This document shows, one piece after another, positions 26,704-35,801 of a stretch of 64,000 nucleotides of DNA. Under the pieces are notes generated by a model, which saw only the letters and a program-made list of their open reading frames with translations, was not told the origin of the DNA and did not search any database. Made by a program: the position numbers and the translations under genes. The DNA comes from Methanosarcinales archaeon Methan_01. Its GTDB lineage: Archaea > Halobacteriota > Methanosarcinia > Methanotrichales > Methanotrichaceae. The stretch covers positions 32,714-96,713 of the forward strand of contig LUYE01000017.1 in assembly GCA_001602645.1 (NCBI GenBank). The letters run 5' to 3'. Position 1 is the stretch's first letter. The number at the start of each line of letters is the position of its first letter.

Positions 26704-28071
26704 ATGCTCTTTGAAAGAGTCGAATCGGAGGGGCTCGCCCACTACTCCTACATAGTCGGCGACGGAAACGAGGCCGTGGTGATCGACCCCCGGAGGGACT
26801 GCGAGGTCTACCAGAGAATGGCGGAGAGGGAGGGGATGCGGATCGTCACCATCCTGGAGACCCACAGGAACGAGGACTACGTCATCGGCTCCGTGGAGCT
26901 CGCGGCCCGGTCCGGGGCCGAGGTCTTCCACGCCGACGGCCACCTCGACTACCGGTACGGCGATGCCGTAGAAGACGGGATGAGATGGAAGGTTGGAAGG
27001 CTCGAGATCGAGGCGATCTCCACCCCCGGCCACACCCTTGGCTCCATGAGCTACCTCCTCCAGGACGCTGGAGGCGAGCCCTGGATCGTCTTCACCGGGG
27101 ACGCCCTCTTCGCCGGAGACCTGGGGAGGGTCGACTTCATGGGGATGGACCGGGCCGAAGAGATGGCAGGCCTCCTGTACGAATCGATCTTCAACCGGCT
27201 CCTACCCCTGGGGGACGAGGTGATCGCCTGTCCGGCCCACGGGGCCGGGTCGGCCTGTGCCGCCTCCATAGCCGATAGGAAGTGGACGACCCTGGGGATC
27301 GAGCGGAAGAGAAACCCCAAGCTCCAGGTCGATGGTGCGGAGGAGTTCGTCGAGAAGATGGCGGTGGAGCTGGAGATGCCACCGTACTTCCGGGAGATGG
27401 AGCGGCTGAACCTGGTGGGAGCCCCCCTCCTCGCCACCCTCCCCGACCCCGCCATCATCTCGCCGGAGGAGTTCGAAGAATCGGCGGAGGAGGGGCTGGT
27501 CCTCGACACCCGGACGGAGCTCGCCTTCGGGGCGGCCCACGTCCCGGGAGCCCTCAGCATCTGGCTTGCGGGGGTTCCGAGCTTTGCCGGCTGGTTTTTG
27601 CCCTACGACAAGGATATCCTATTGGTCGACGAGACCGGCGACCTGAGCGTCGCGATCCGGCAGCTCCGGCGGATCGGATACGACCGCCTCGCCGGCCACC
27701 TCGCCGGAGGGATGGTCGCCTGGCACATGGCTGGAAAGAGGAGCGATTCGATCGCCACCGCCACCGTCCCCCACCTCTGCGCAAGGCTCGACCGCGAAGA
27801 GAAGGAGAACGCCTGGATCCTGGACGTCCGGGGCGACGACGAGTTGAAGAAGTCGGGCAGGATCACCGGCGCCCACCAGATCCACATCACAGAGCTCCCG
27901 GAGCGGATCGGGGAGTTGCCGAGGGACCGGCCGATCTACATCTTCTGCGGGAGCGGCCTGCGGTCGATGGTGGCGGCCTCGATCCTCCGGCGGGAGGGGA
28001 TGGAGGAGATGACGGTGATCCTGGGGGGGCTTGCCGCCTGGTCTTCGGCAAAGTGTCCGGTGGTGAGGTAG
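26704..28071 (+). CDS. Metallo-beta-lactamase-fold protein fused to two rhodanese domains (persulfide-dioxygenase-like architecture)
   Basis: ORF 26629-28071. The ATG at 26704 follows GGAGGTGA. MBL motifs are ILETHRNEDY, STPGHTLGS, FTGDALFAGDLGR and CPAHGAGS. The C-terminal rhodanese has the catalytic loop CGSGLRS. The middle rhodanese-like domain has no active-site Cys. Confidence 0.85.
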   Translation: MLFERVESEGLAHYSYIVGDGNEAVVIDPRRDCEVYQRMAEREGMRIVTILETHRNEDYVIGSVELAARSGAEVFHADGHLDYRYGDAVEDGMRWKVGRLEIEAISTPGHTLGSMSYLLQDAGGEPWIVFTGDALFAGDLGRVDFMGMDRAEEMAGLLYESIFNRLLPLGDEVIACPAHGAGSACAASIADRKWTTLGIERKRNPKLQVDGAEEFVEKMAVELEMPPYFREMERLNLVGAPLLATLPDPAIISPEEFEESAEEGLVLDTRTELAFGAAHVPGALSIWLAGVPSFAGWFLPYDKDILLVDETGDLSVAIRQLRRIGYDRLAGHLAGGMVAWHMAGKRSDSIATATVPHLCARLDREEKENAWILDVRGDDELKKSGRITGAHQIHITELPERIGELPRDRPIYIFCGSGLRSMVAASILRREGMEEMTVILGGLAAWSSAKCPVVR

Positions 28072-28083
28072 GTGGAAGGAACA

Positions 28084-28091
28084 TTTTTTTT
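28084..28091 (+). terminator. Oligo-T tract (archaeal-type terminator) after the MBL-rhodanese gene
   Basis: A T8 run begins 13 nt after the stop codon (28069-28071). It is followed by further T-rich sequence. Confidence 0.4.
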
Positions 28092-28282
28092 AAATTTTAT
28101 TATAATATCATCATTTTTACCTCCCCCCCTAAGTCGTTCGCCTCCTTAGACCCTCGAAAACTATTTGGAGCCCTGAGGAGCATATTATCCCACAAAGTTC
28201 TGGACTATCCCCGAGCCGATCGACCCGGAGCATGATCGGAGGCCGAAAGGTCGGAGGGTATGGATAAATCAGGAGAGATGGC

Positions 28283-29056
28283 ATGAGATGTAAGTTCCTT
28301 CTAGCCGCCTTATCGCTTTTAGTTTTCGCCGGCACGGCATGGGGCGAAGAGGTCTCCGTGGATTTCTGCATCGACGGTGACATGGATCAACTCTGCGACG
28401 AGGAGTTCACCGCCTATGTGGAGCTTGATGGGCTGACGGACAAAAATTTATTGGAGGTTGCCTTCGAGGATGAGCTCTTCATCGATAACTGGGACGATTA
28501 CCTCTGGGCCGTCACCATCGAGGGATACGGTTACGACCTTCTTCCCCAATTCGATGGGCCGGAAGACGTATACCTAGCTGAGGGCGATGAGGTTTACATC
28601 TGGTATACCGGATGGATGTGGTATTCATCCTGCGAGGAGGGCTCCCAATCTCAGGATTCGACGGAATCGGATGGCTCTCAGGGCTCTGACCCTGGCTGGA
28701 GTTCCGATTCCGGCACTGGCTCTGGGTCCGGCACCGGCACGGGGCCAGGCTGGAACCCTGGATCCGGTTCCAGCGGCGGGACGGGAACGATCCCTGCCGG
28801 CAGCGCTGAGGTGAAGGCCGTCTCCAGCTGGCTATCGGGCTACACCGTCGAGGTCGACGGGGTTCCGATAGGGATCGATGGGACCGGCTCAGACGTTCTA
28901 GACGGCGTCTACACCTTCTACGTCGCTGGAAACCAGCAGCATAAGATAAAGGTGGACCACCCGGAGTTCTGGAAGAGCTGGGAGGAGTTCTTCATCTCCG
29001 GCAGGCGGTATACGGCCGATATCGACGTACCTGGAAGGATCGTCCCGTCCGGTTGA
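28283..29056 (+). CDS. Secreted protein with a Ser/Gly linker and the PEGA-like C-terminal module shared with 437-1267 and 59804-60808
   Basis: 257-aa ORF with a signal peptide MRCKFLLAALSLLVFAGTAWG. The C-terminal SGYTVEVDGVPIGIDGTGSDVLDGVYTFYVAG aligns with KGYSVFVDGSYVGGDGQGGDPLDGTFSLNVPG and RGYDVYVDEQYVGTDGKGGDALDGIYKVNVVG. Confidence 0.6.
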   Translation: MRCKFLLAALSLLVFAGTAWGEEVSVDFCIDGDMDQLCDEEFTAYVELDGLTDKNLLEVAFEDELFIDNWDDYLWAVTIEGYGYDLLPQFDGPEDVYLAEGDEVYIWYTGWMWYSSCEEGSQSQDSTESDGSQGSDPGWSSDSGTGSGSGTGTGPGWNPGSGSSGGTGTIPAGSAEVKAVSSWLSGYTVEVDGVPIGIDGTGSDVLDGVYTFYVAGNQQHKIKVDHPEFWKSWEEFFISGRRYTADIDVPGRIVPSG

Positions 29057-29208
29057 GACGGCCCTTTCCCATAAATTTTGAAGGCGCTCCTTCATCCTCA
29101 GCCGATATGCCATCTTGCGCCTCGCACCTATGCCTCCGCCATCCTCGGGCCATCCCTATATATCTGATCCGAGAGATATCCTGGGAAGACCTCCGGAGCC
29201 GATCCTCT

Positions 29209-30342
29209 ATGAAGAAGACCGACCTTCTGCCTGCCGCCCACCTTGGACTAATCCTTCTTCTGGCGGCCTCGCCATACTCGTCCGCTCTTCCGACCCTTCC
29301 CAGCGGGAAGGAGAACCCCCTCCCCCTCCTCTACCCCGAGCTCGAATCCCTCCCCGCCCCGCCCTGGGTCGTCGAGGGGCTGAGGGCGACCTACTATGCC
29401 ACCGTCGACGGCGGGACGACCGCCGGGAAGAGCTCGGCGGGGGAGGCCCTCATCCAGATCGACCTCGTGGCCCTGGAGGGCAGATCCGCCGCCACCTCCA
29501 CCTCCGTATACCTCCGGGGCCCCCTGGGGAGCCTCCGCCCCCTGACGGGGGCTGGGCATGGGGCGATCGTCCCGGCGGGGCTGGGCGACTTCTGGGCGAG
29601 CCCCGAGGTCCTGGCGGAGGCGACGGAAGGGGCCGATGACCGGGTTACGATAATTCGCGGCCCTGTAGAGGTGGCGGGAAAGAATTACCAGGGGATCAGG
29701 TTCGAGGTGACCCACCAGGGGCTCCGGTACTCCATGACCTACGACGAGGAGACCGGCCTACTCCTCCACCACCGCTACGACATCCTCTCGGCGGACGGCT
29801 CGGCCGTCGAGACGGGGATAATCGACTTCAGAAAGCTGCGGCAGCTGGTGATCCCGTGGGCCGGCGGATCTTCTCCAGGCTGGCTACGACCCGGCCTGAC
29901 CATGACATATCGAGGGCAGACCGTCTTCGAGATCCCCGGGACTGCGCCGTCGCCCTTCGCCTTGACCCTCACAGCTGAGGTCGTCTCCAAAGGTGCAAAA
30001 TCCTCCATCGTCAGATGGTCGGATGCAGGCGATAGCGGACTGCTGATCCCCGCCCGCTCCGCCGCCGGCGTATATCAGCTGATGGGATTCTGGCTCCCCG
30101 ACGCCGCCCTAGCCATCGACGATGGAGGTAACGTGGATTCAGATCCGGATACGGGCATGATGATAACCGTCATCCAGAACGATCAGAACGGCGTCGTCTT
30201 CGAGGAGACGAACGGCCAGGATTATCGGAGGCTTCTGACCTACGACAAGGCGACGGGAAAGCTCGTGACCAGCTACGAAGAGCAGCTGACAGAAGCGATG
30301 ACCGGCACGGTCCAGAAGACCTGGCTTGAGCTGGCCATATAG
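29209..30342 (+). CDS. Secreted hypothetical protein
   Basis: ORF 29053-30342. The internal ATG at 29209 gives MKKTDLLPAAHLGLILLLAASPYSSA, which is signal-peptide-like. No family recognised. Confidence 0.5.
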   Translation: MKKTDLLPAAHLGLILLLAASPYSSALPTLPSGKENPLPLLYPELESLPAPPWVVEGLRATYYATVDGGTTAGKSSAGEALIQIDLVALEGRSAATSTSVYLRGPLGSLRPLTGAGHGAIVPAGLGDFWASPEVLAEATEGADDRVTIIRGPVEVAGKNYQGIRFEVTHQGLRYSMTYDEETGLLLHHRYDILSADGSAVETGIIDFRKLRQLVIPWAGGSSPGWLRPGLTMTYRGQTVFEIPGTAPSPFALTLTAEVVSKGAKSSIVRWSDAGDSGLLIPARSAAGVYQLMGFWLPDAALAIDDGGNVDSDPDTGMMITVIQNDQNGVVFEETNGQDYRRLLTYDKATGKLVTSYEEQLTEAMTGTVQKTWLELAI

Positions 30343-30398
30343 TCGGAGATCTATTCTCTTGGTGGTGATACAAATTGGAAGAAAGGTATCAGAATGAG

Positions 30399-30887
30399 AT
30401 GGAAGGGCATGAGTTGAAGAAGGCCACCTTCGCTGCCGGCTGCTTCTGGGGGGTGGAGGCAGCCTTCCGGGATGTGGAGGGCGTCGTCTCGACGGCCGTC
30501 GGCTACACCGGCGGATCTTCGACGAACCCGACCTACGAGGAGGTCTGCACCGACAGGACCGGCCACGCCGAGGCGGTGGAGGTGGTCTACGACCCCGAGG
30601 TCGTCTCCTTCGAGGAGCTCCTCGACCTATTCTGGTCGATCCACGACCCCACCACCAAGAACAGGCAGGGGCCCGACGTGGGGAGCCAGTACCGCTCGGC
30701 GATCTTCTTTTACGACCCCGAGCAGGAGGCGACGGCCCGGGCGAAGATGGAGAGGCTCCAGGGGTCCGGCCTTTATAGGAGGGAGATCGTCACCGAGATC
30801 GTCCCGGCCCCGGAGTTTTATCGGGCCGAGGAGTACCACCAGCGGTACTTCGAGAAGGGCAGCCGGAGGGGCTGCAGGATCTGGTGA
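30399..30887 (+). CDS. msrA: Peptide methionine-S-sulfoxide reductase
   Basis: ORF 30375-30887, with the ATG at 30399. It has the catalytic motif [12 protein letters not shown], then GYTGG and [11 protein letters not shown]. Confidence 0.9.
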   Translation: MEGHELKKATFAAGCFWGVEAAFRDVEGVVSTAVGYTGGSSTNPTYEEVCTDRTGHAEAVEVVYDPEVVSFEELLDLFWSIHDPTTKNRQGPDVGSQYRSAIFFYDPEQEATARAKMERLQGSGLYRREIVTEIVPAPEFYRAEEYHQRYFEKGSRRGCRIW

Positions 30888-30948
30888 CGTGCCCCGACGG
30901 GCTCTTATGGGGAGAGCCAGGGGACCAAGTTTCAGTCTGGCGAATAAT

Positions 30949-31677
30949 ATGGGGTTTGATTATAGGATGAGAGAAGAAGTCATCTCCGATGTGAGGCGCG
31001 AGCTTATAGAGAGCGCAGATGAGAAGACGAGGGAGAGCGGCCAGCGGTTCTTCAAAGAGGAGGCGAAGTTTCACGGGGTGAAGGCCGCCGCTGTGAGGGA
31101 GATAGCCAAGAGGCGGTATCGAGATGTCAAGGACCTGGATAAAAAAGAGCTATTCGCCCTATGCGAGGAGCTCTTGAGGTCCGACTACGGCGAGGAGGCG
31201 TTCATAGCCTTCGAGTGGGCCTACTCGATGAGGAAGAAGTACGAGCCCGCCGACTTCGCCGTCTTCGAGAGTTGGCTCTCCCAATACGTCAACAACTGGG
31301 CGAAGTGCGACACCCTCTGCAACCACACCTTGGGGACCTTCGTCGAGATGTACCCCGAGCACGTGGCTAACCTGAAGGGCTGGACAGCATCGGATAACAG
31401 GTGGCTTCGGCGGGCCGCCGCCGTGACCCTCATCCTCCCGGCCCGGAAGGGCGATTTTCTCGACGACGTCTTCGAGATATCCGACCTCCTCCTCCTGGAC
31501 GGAGACGACCTCGTCCAGAAGGGGTACGGCTGGCTGCTGAAGGAGGCGAGCAAAAGCCACCAGCAGGAGGTCTTCGAGTACGTGATGAGGAAGAAGGCCG
31601 TGATGCCCCGGACCGCCCTCCGGTACGCCATCGAGAAGATGCCCCAGGAGCTCCGGCGAAGGGCGATGGAGAGGTGA
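30949..31677 (+). CDS. DNA alkylation repair protein (AlkD-like HEAT-repeat family)
   Basis: ORF 30472-31677. The upstream part overlaps msrA in another frame and is Arg/Pro-rich. From the ATG at 30949 it reads MGFDYRMREEV...RESGQRFFKEE.KFHGVK...NNWAKCDTLC...RWLRRAAAV...VQKGYGWLLKE, which matches the AlkD/DNA_alkylation family. Confidence 0.8.
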   Translation: MGFDYRMREEVISDVRRELIESADEKTRESGQRFFKEEAKFHGVKAAAVREIAKRRYRDVKDLDKKELFALCEELLRSDYGEEAFIAFEWAYSMRKKYEPADFAVFESWLSQYVNNWAKCDTLCNHTLGTFVEMYPEHVANLKGWTASDNRWLRRAAAVTLILPARKGDFLDDVFEISDLLLLDGDDLVQKGYGWLLKEASKSHQQEVFEYVMRKKAVMPRTALRYAIEKMPQELRRRAMER

Positions 31678-31746
31678 GGGGTGGTCCAAGCCTTCGGGCC
31701 CGGTCATCCGATGGGATCATATCCATCGAGGGCATATCCTAAGGGC

Positions 31747-32037
31747 CTACCACCTCCGATAGGAGTCCCGAAACCTCTTCTTGAACTCGTAGACCTCCCG
31801 CTCCGAGGCGTTCATCCGCCAGCCCAGGTCGTAGAAATCCTTCTCCCGCTCCGTCCCCGTCAGAATCGGCCTGAGAAAGCACTCGCACCGCCTCGCGTCG
31901 AGGCCTCTTTCGGTGCACCTCCAGCCGTCCCCGTCCTTGAGGTGGTTAGCGAGGAGGTGGCCGCAGACGCAGCACGTCCCGCTTCGATAGTCGGGGCGGA
32001 GCGCCTCATGCCGCCCCTTCGGAGTTGATGGGTCCAT
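31747..32037 (-). CDS. Small Cys/His-rich protein (putative metal-binding), downstream of the U32 gene
   Basis: ORF 31747-32226. The first 63 codons overlap the U32 3' end, so I use the internal ATG at 32037. MDPSTPKGRHEALRPDYRSGTCCVCGHLLANHLKDGDGWRCTERGLDARRCECFL has 7 Cys. No family recognised. Confidence 0.45.
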   Translation of the reverse strand: MDPSTPKGRHEALRPDYRSGTCCVCGHLLANHLKDGDGWRCTERGLDARRCECFLRPILTGTEREKDFYDLGWRMNASEREVYEFKKRFRDSYRRW

Positions 32038-32134
32038 CGTCGTATCACATTCGGCTTCGTCTCTTAAAGCCCTTTTCCCGCCACCCCATACCGCAGGAGA
32101 GAGACGTTTTGGGGATGGAGGCGGCCATCCGCCC

Positions 32135-34684
32135 TCACTCCCTCCTTCCCCGGAGGAATGCCCCGCCGGTGGTCCCCCCGAGGGAGATCTCCCTCGCCTC
32201 CCTCCTGAGCCGGTCGGGGTCGCCACCCTTCAGGGCCTCGTCGTAGATCTCGACGATCCGGCGGGCGTACTCCGCCGTCCTGCCCCGGGCGTCGATGGCG
32301 ATGGAGGAGACGCCTAATCCGGCGAGCTTCGGCAGCTGGTCCAGGAGGGAGAGCTCCACGGCGTTCTGGATGTGAGTTCTGCATTCCCCGTCTGCGCGGA
32401 CGGGAAAGACCCTCCCGGTCTCGTCCTCGATCCCCCAGAAGGGGTCACCAGAGGTGGCTGCCTCGTGGCACCCCAGGGCGGAAGAGAGGAGGCAGCTCTC
32501 GGCGACCATCGCCTCGACGTTCCCCTGGACGAGGACCTCCAGATCGGGAGGTTCAGGGATCGATCCGGCCACGGCTGATAGCTCCTCCACCTCCCGGGCC
32601 GAGAGCTCCGGCGAGAGGGTCAGCCTGGAGAACTCCGGAGCCAGGACCTCGACGGCGAGGCTGTTCCAGACGTTGAGGCCGATGGAGCCTGAGACCTTCA
32701 TCTCCGGCCTTGCGCCCTTCACCGCCCTTGCGAGCCCCACCCCCTCTACCATCACCTCCGCCACCTCCACCCCCTTCAGGAGGGGTATGGCGAAGTCGAG
32801 GAACCTGCGCCTTGCGATCCTCGGCCACTTCCAGACGAGATCGGCCCCGGGGTCAGAAGTGACCTCCCCCGCCTGCTCCAGGATCTCCAGGGCCTCAGCG
32901 GCGCCTGTATCTATTGGGCTACACCACCTCTTTGGACCGATCCCGACCGGCAGCTCGAAGTATATTCGGCGGGATCCTCCTTCCGCCGCCCCGGCGACGA
33001 CGGCGAGGGTGTCGGCGTAGACGGAGATCGATAGCCCATTCTTGGACGGGGAAGGCCTCCTCGGCGCGGCCCTTCGCCCTCCAGCAAACCGAGAAAGCCT
33101 CGCCCCGGCCATCACCGCCGACCCCTCGGCAGGCCTGAAGGAGGCTATCACCTCTCGCTCGGCCAGCTCCAGAAACTCCCGCCGGAGCCGGTTTATCTCC
33201 CCCAGGGGGGCGAAGAGGCCGCTGGGATAATCCATCTCCACAGTCCCGATGGCGAAGGGGGTCCCTCCGCTCTTCCGGAGCTGGACCTCGATCTCCTCGG
33301 CCGAGAGGGGCCTCCCTCTCGCCGGCTCCATCGCGAAGTCGGCCTCAAGATGGGCGGCGACCACCTTCCCTTCCGGGAGATGGGCCCTCCCATCCAGGAC
33401 CGGCCTTCTCCCCTCCCATCGGACCGAGAGGTCGATGGGTATCTCCCTCCTGGCCCGAGGTCCCGGCCGTCTTCCGAGAGAGGACCTCCGGGTGAGGAAG
33501 ACCTCTGCGCCCCTATCGACCCGTTCCCCGACGGCGAGGCTGAGGGTGCCCCCCCGAGATCGGGTGAGGGATCTGACCACCAGCCCCACCTCTCTTCCGC
33601 CGGATAGGATGACGAGGCCGTCCCCCACCTCCGGGAGGACTGCCCCCTCGACCCTCACCGACGCCCCGCCCCGCCGGTCCCAGGAGACGACCTTCCCGAT
33701 CAGGAGCCCCCGGTGGTCAGGCCGGTCGGCAGAGACGAGGTCGCCCCGAACAGCTCCGCCTATGCATCCAGGAGTAAAGGTCCGGTTGAAGGCGAGGGCA
33801 AGGTCCCTCTCGTCCTCCTCAGAAGGGGCCCATCCGCCCTCCGATATGCCGTCCAGGGCCCGCCGGTAGATGGAGACGACGGTCCTGACGTATTCGGGCG
33901 ACCTCATCCTCCCCTCGATCTTCAGAGCAGCGATGGGGGCCTTGGCAAGATCGTCGAGATGGGGGTAGACGGAGAGGTCTCTCGTGGAGAGGAGGTACCT
34001 ACCTTCCAGGGGGATCTCCTCCAGCTGGAGGGGCCTCCCGTAAGGGTCCCGCCTCCGGCTCCTCAGGAGACGATAGGGCTTTCGGCAGGGCTGGGCGCAG
34101 GAGCCGCGGTTTCCGCTTCTTCCGCCGATCACCGAGGAGAGGAGGCACTGGCCGGAGTAGGAGTAGCAGAGGGCGCCGTGGACGAATACCTCGATTTCCA
34201 GGGGGGACGCCCTGGCGATCTCCTCCACCTCGGCGAGGCTGAGCTCCCGGGCGAGGACGGCCCGCTTCAGCCCCGCATCGGCGGCCCACCTCGCCCCTTC
34301 GATGGAAGATATCGTCATCTGGGTCGAGGCGTGGAGCTCCAGGTCCGGGACGAGCTCCCTCGCGATGCTGACGACGCCGAGGTCCTGGACGAGGACGGCG
34401 TCGGCCCCGGCCTCATAGAGGGTGAGAAGGTGGGCGGCCACCGCCTCGAGCTCCGCCTCGGGGATGAGGGTGTTGACGGCGACGTAAACCCTGACCGAGG
34501 AGAGGTGGGCGAGGTCGATCGCCCTCGCCAGATCGGAATCGGCGAAGTTCTCCGCCCCCCTCCTCGCCCCAAACCTCCTCCCGGCGAGGTAGACGGCGTC
34601 GGCCCCCGAATCCACCGCCGCCTCCAGAGCCTCCCAGGAACCAGCGGGGGCGAGGAGCTCCGGCACCCGGCTCTTCCGTCTCAC
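32135..34684 (-). CDS. Peptidase-U32-family protein with two tandem U32-like domains
   Basis: 849-aa ORF. The N-terminal half has PELLAPAGSWEALEAAV and CYSYSGQC-x15-CAQPC (CX6CX15CX3C). The C-terminal half repeats the barrel pattern (GLNVWNSLAVEVL...SPELSAREVEEL...LVQGNVEAMVAESCLLSSALGC...DGEC). Confidence 0.85.
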   Translation of the reverse strand: MRRKSRVPELLAPAGSWEALEAAVDSGADAVYLAGRRFGARRGAENFADSDLARAIDLAHLSSVRVYVAVNTLIPEAELEAVAAHLLTLYEAGADAVLVQDLGVVSIARELVPDLELHASTQMTISSIEGARWAADAGLKRAVLARELSLAEVEEIARASPLEIEVFVHGALCYSYSGQCLLSSVIGGRSGNRGSCAQPCRKPYRLLRSRRRDPYGRPLQLEEIPLEGRYLLSTRDLSVYPHLDDLAKAPIAALKIEGRMRSPEYVRTVVSIYRRALDGISEGGWAPSEEDERDLALAFNRTFTPGCIGGAVRGDLVSADRPDHRGLLIGKVVSWDRRGGASVRVEGAVLPEVGDGLVILSGGREVGLVVRSLTRSRGGTLSLAVGERVDRGAEVFLTRRSSLGRRPGPRARREIPIDLSVRWEGRRPVLDGRAHLPEGKVVAAHLEADFAMEPARGRPLSAEEIEVQLRKSGGTPFAIGTVEMDYPSGLFAPLGEINRLRREFLELAEREVIASFRPAEGSAVMAGARLSRFAGGRRAAPRRPSPSKNGLSISVYADTLAVVAGAAEGGSRRIYFELPVGIGPKRWCSPIDTGAAEALEILEQAGEVTSDPGADLVWKWPRIARRRFLDFAIPLLKGVEVAEVMVEGVGLARAVKGARPEMKVSGSIGLNVWNSLAVEVLAPEFSRLTLSPELSAREVEELSAVAGSIPEPPDLEVLVQGNVEAMVAESCLLSSALGCHEAATSGDPFWGIEDETGRVFPVRADGECRTHIQNAVELSLLDQLPKLAGLGVSSIAIDARGRTAEYARRIVEIYDEALKGGDPDRLRREAREISLGGTTGGAFLRGRRE

Positions 34685-34742
34685 GGAGGGATACCTGGGA
34701 GGGCGGGATATATCTTTATCCCATTACGTCATCCGTCGAAGG

Positions 34743-35582
34743 GTGGAGCTGATATTCGCCTTCGGCCTGGTGATCGCCGGAGTCGCCGCAGGCTTCGCCT
34801 CCGGGATGCTGGGGGTCGGAGGCTGCTTCATCATGGTCCCGGTCCAGCTCTGGGTTCTCACCGCTTCGGGAGTCGAGCCGACGATGGCGACCCGGATCGC
34901 CTTTGGGACCGCCCTGGCCGTCGCCCTCCCCACCGCCATCAACGCCGCCCTCGGCCATCATCGGAGAAGGGCGGTCGTACCTCGGGCAGCCCTCCTCCTC
35001 GGCCTCTCTGGCCTCGTCGGCGCCTTCATCGGGGGGGCGGTGACGGCAAAGGCTCCGGGAAACCTCCTAAGAATCGCCTTCGGTCTCGTGGTGATCGCAG
35101 CAGCCCTGCGGATGGCGACTGCCTCAGACCTCACGGCCGAAGGAGGCAAGGTCGACGGCAGCGTCCCGAGGAGCGACGGATGTTACCTCCTTTTGGGCCT
35201 CCCCCTCGGCTTCATATCCGGCCTCGTCGGGATCGGCGGCGGGGTGATGATGGTCCCGGTCCTCTCGACGGCGATGGGCCTCGGGATCCACAGGGCGGTG
35301 GGAACCTCCTCCGCCGCGATCATCCTCACCTCCTCGGGGGGAGTCCTCTCCTACGTCTACCACGGCCTCGGCGTTTCAGGCCTCCCCCCCTTCAGCCTGG
35401 GGTACATCAACCTCCTCCAGGTGGCGCTCCTCGCCGGAGCCAGCATCCCGACGGCCCGGGTCGGCGTCAGAGCCGCCCATCGGATCCCAGCCGACCGGCT
35501 GAGGAAGGTCTTCACCCTCCTGATGGTCTATATAGGCCTCGAGATGATGGGGGCCTTCGAGGTGCTAAATCTTCCGATGTGA
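34743..35582 (+). CDS. TauE/SafE-family anion (sulfite/sulfonate) exporter
   Basis: 279-aa ORF with a GTG start. It is multi-TM, with duplicated GMLGVGGCFIMVP and GLVGIGGGVMMVP motifs typical of TauE. Confidence 0.85.
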   Translation: MELIFAFGLVIAGVAAGFASGMLGVGGCFIMVPVQLWVLTASGVEPTMATRIAFGTALAVALPTAINAALGHHRRRAVVPRAALLLGLSGLVGAFIGGAVTAKAPGNLLRIAFGLVVIAAALRMATASDLTAEGGKVDGSVPRSDGCYLLLGLPLGFISGLVGIGGGVMMVPVLSTAMGLGIHRAVGTSSAAIILTSSGGVLSYVYHGLGVSGLPPFSLGYINLLQVALLAGASIPTARVGVRAAHRIPADRLRKVFTLLMVYIGLEMMGAFEVLNLPM

Positions 35583-35801
35583 CCTTGCGGATCTGCCGGA
35601 GATCTCGTCGATTATGACCAGATTTATAAATCAGGCCATCCCCTAAATCAAGGGGATGATCTCCTGGTGAGGGAGCTTTTCGGTCTTTTCCGAAGGTTCA
35701 AAGGCGAGTATTCAAAGAAGTTCGATCTGAAGAAGACGTGGCCGAGCTGCCTATTGGATTTGATCTATCGGATTTCGAGATAAAGAGGGTGGTGGGGTAA
35801 T

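Noticed and set aside
33713-35617. 634-aa plus-strand ORF spanning the U32 gene (antisense) and the TauE gene (out of frame)
   Set aside because: It is extremely Arg/Pro/Gly-rich. It overlaps two well-supported genes and crosses an intergenic region, so it is a GC-driven artefact.
35667-35783. 38-codon GTG-initiated ORF (VRELFGLFRRFKGEYSKKFDLKKTWPSCLLDLIYRISR*) between the TauE and TPR genes
   Set aside because: It is too short, has a non-ATG start and has no supporting signal. It is more likely promoter or leader sequence of the TPR gene.
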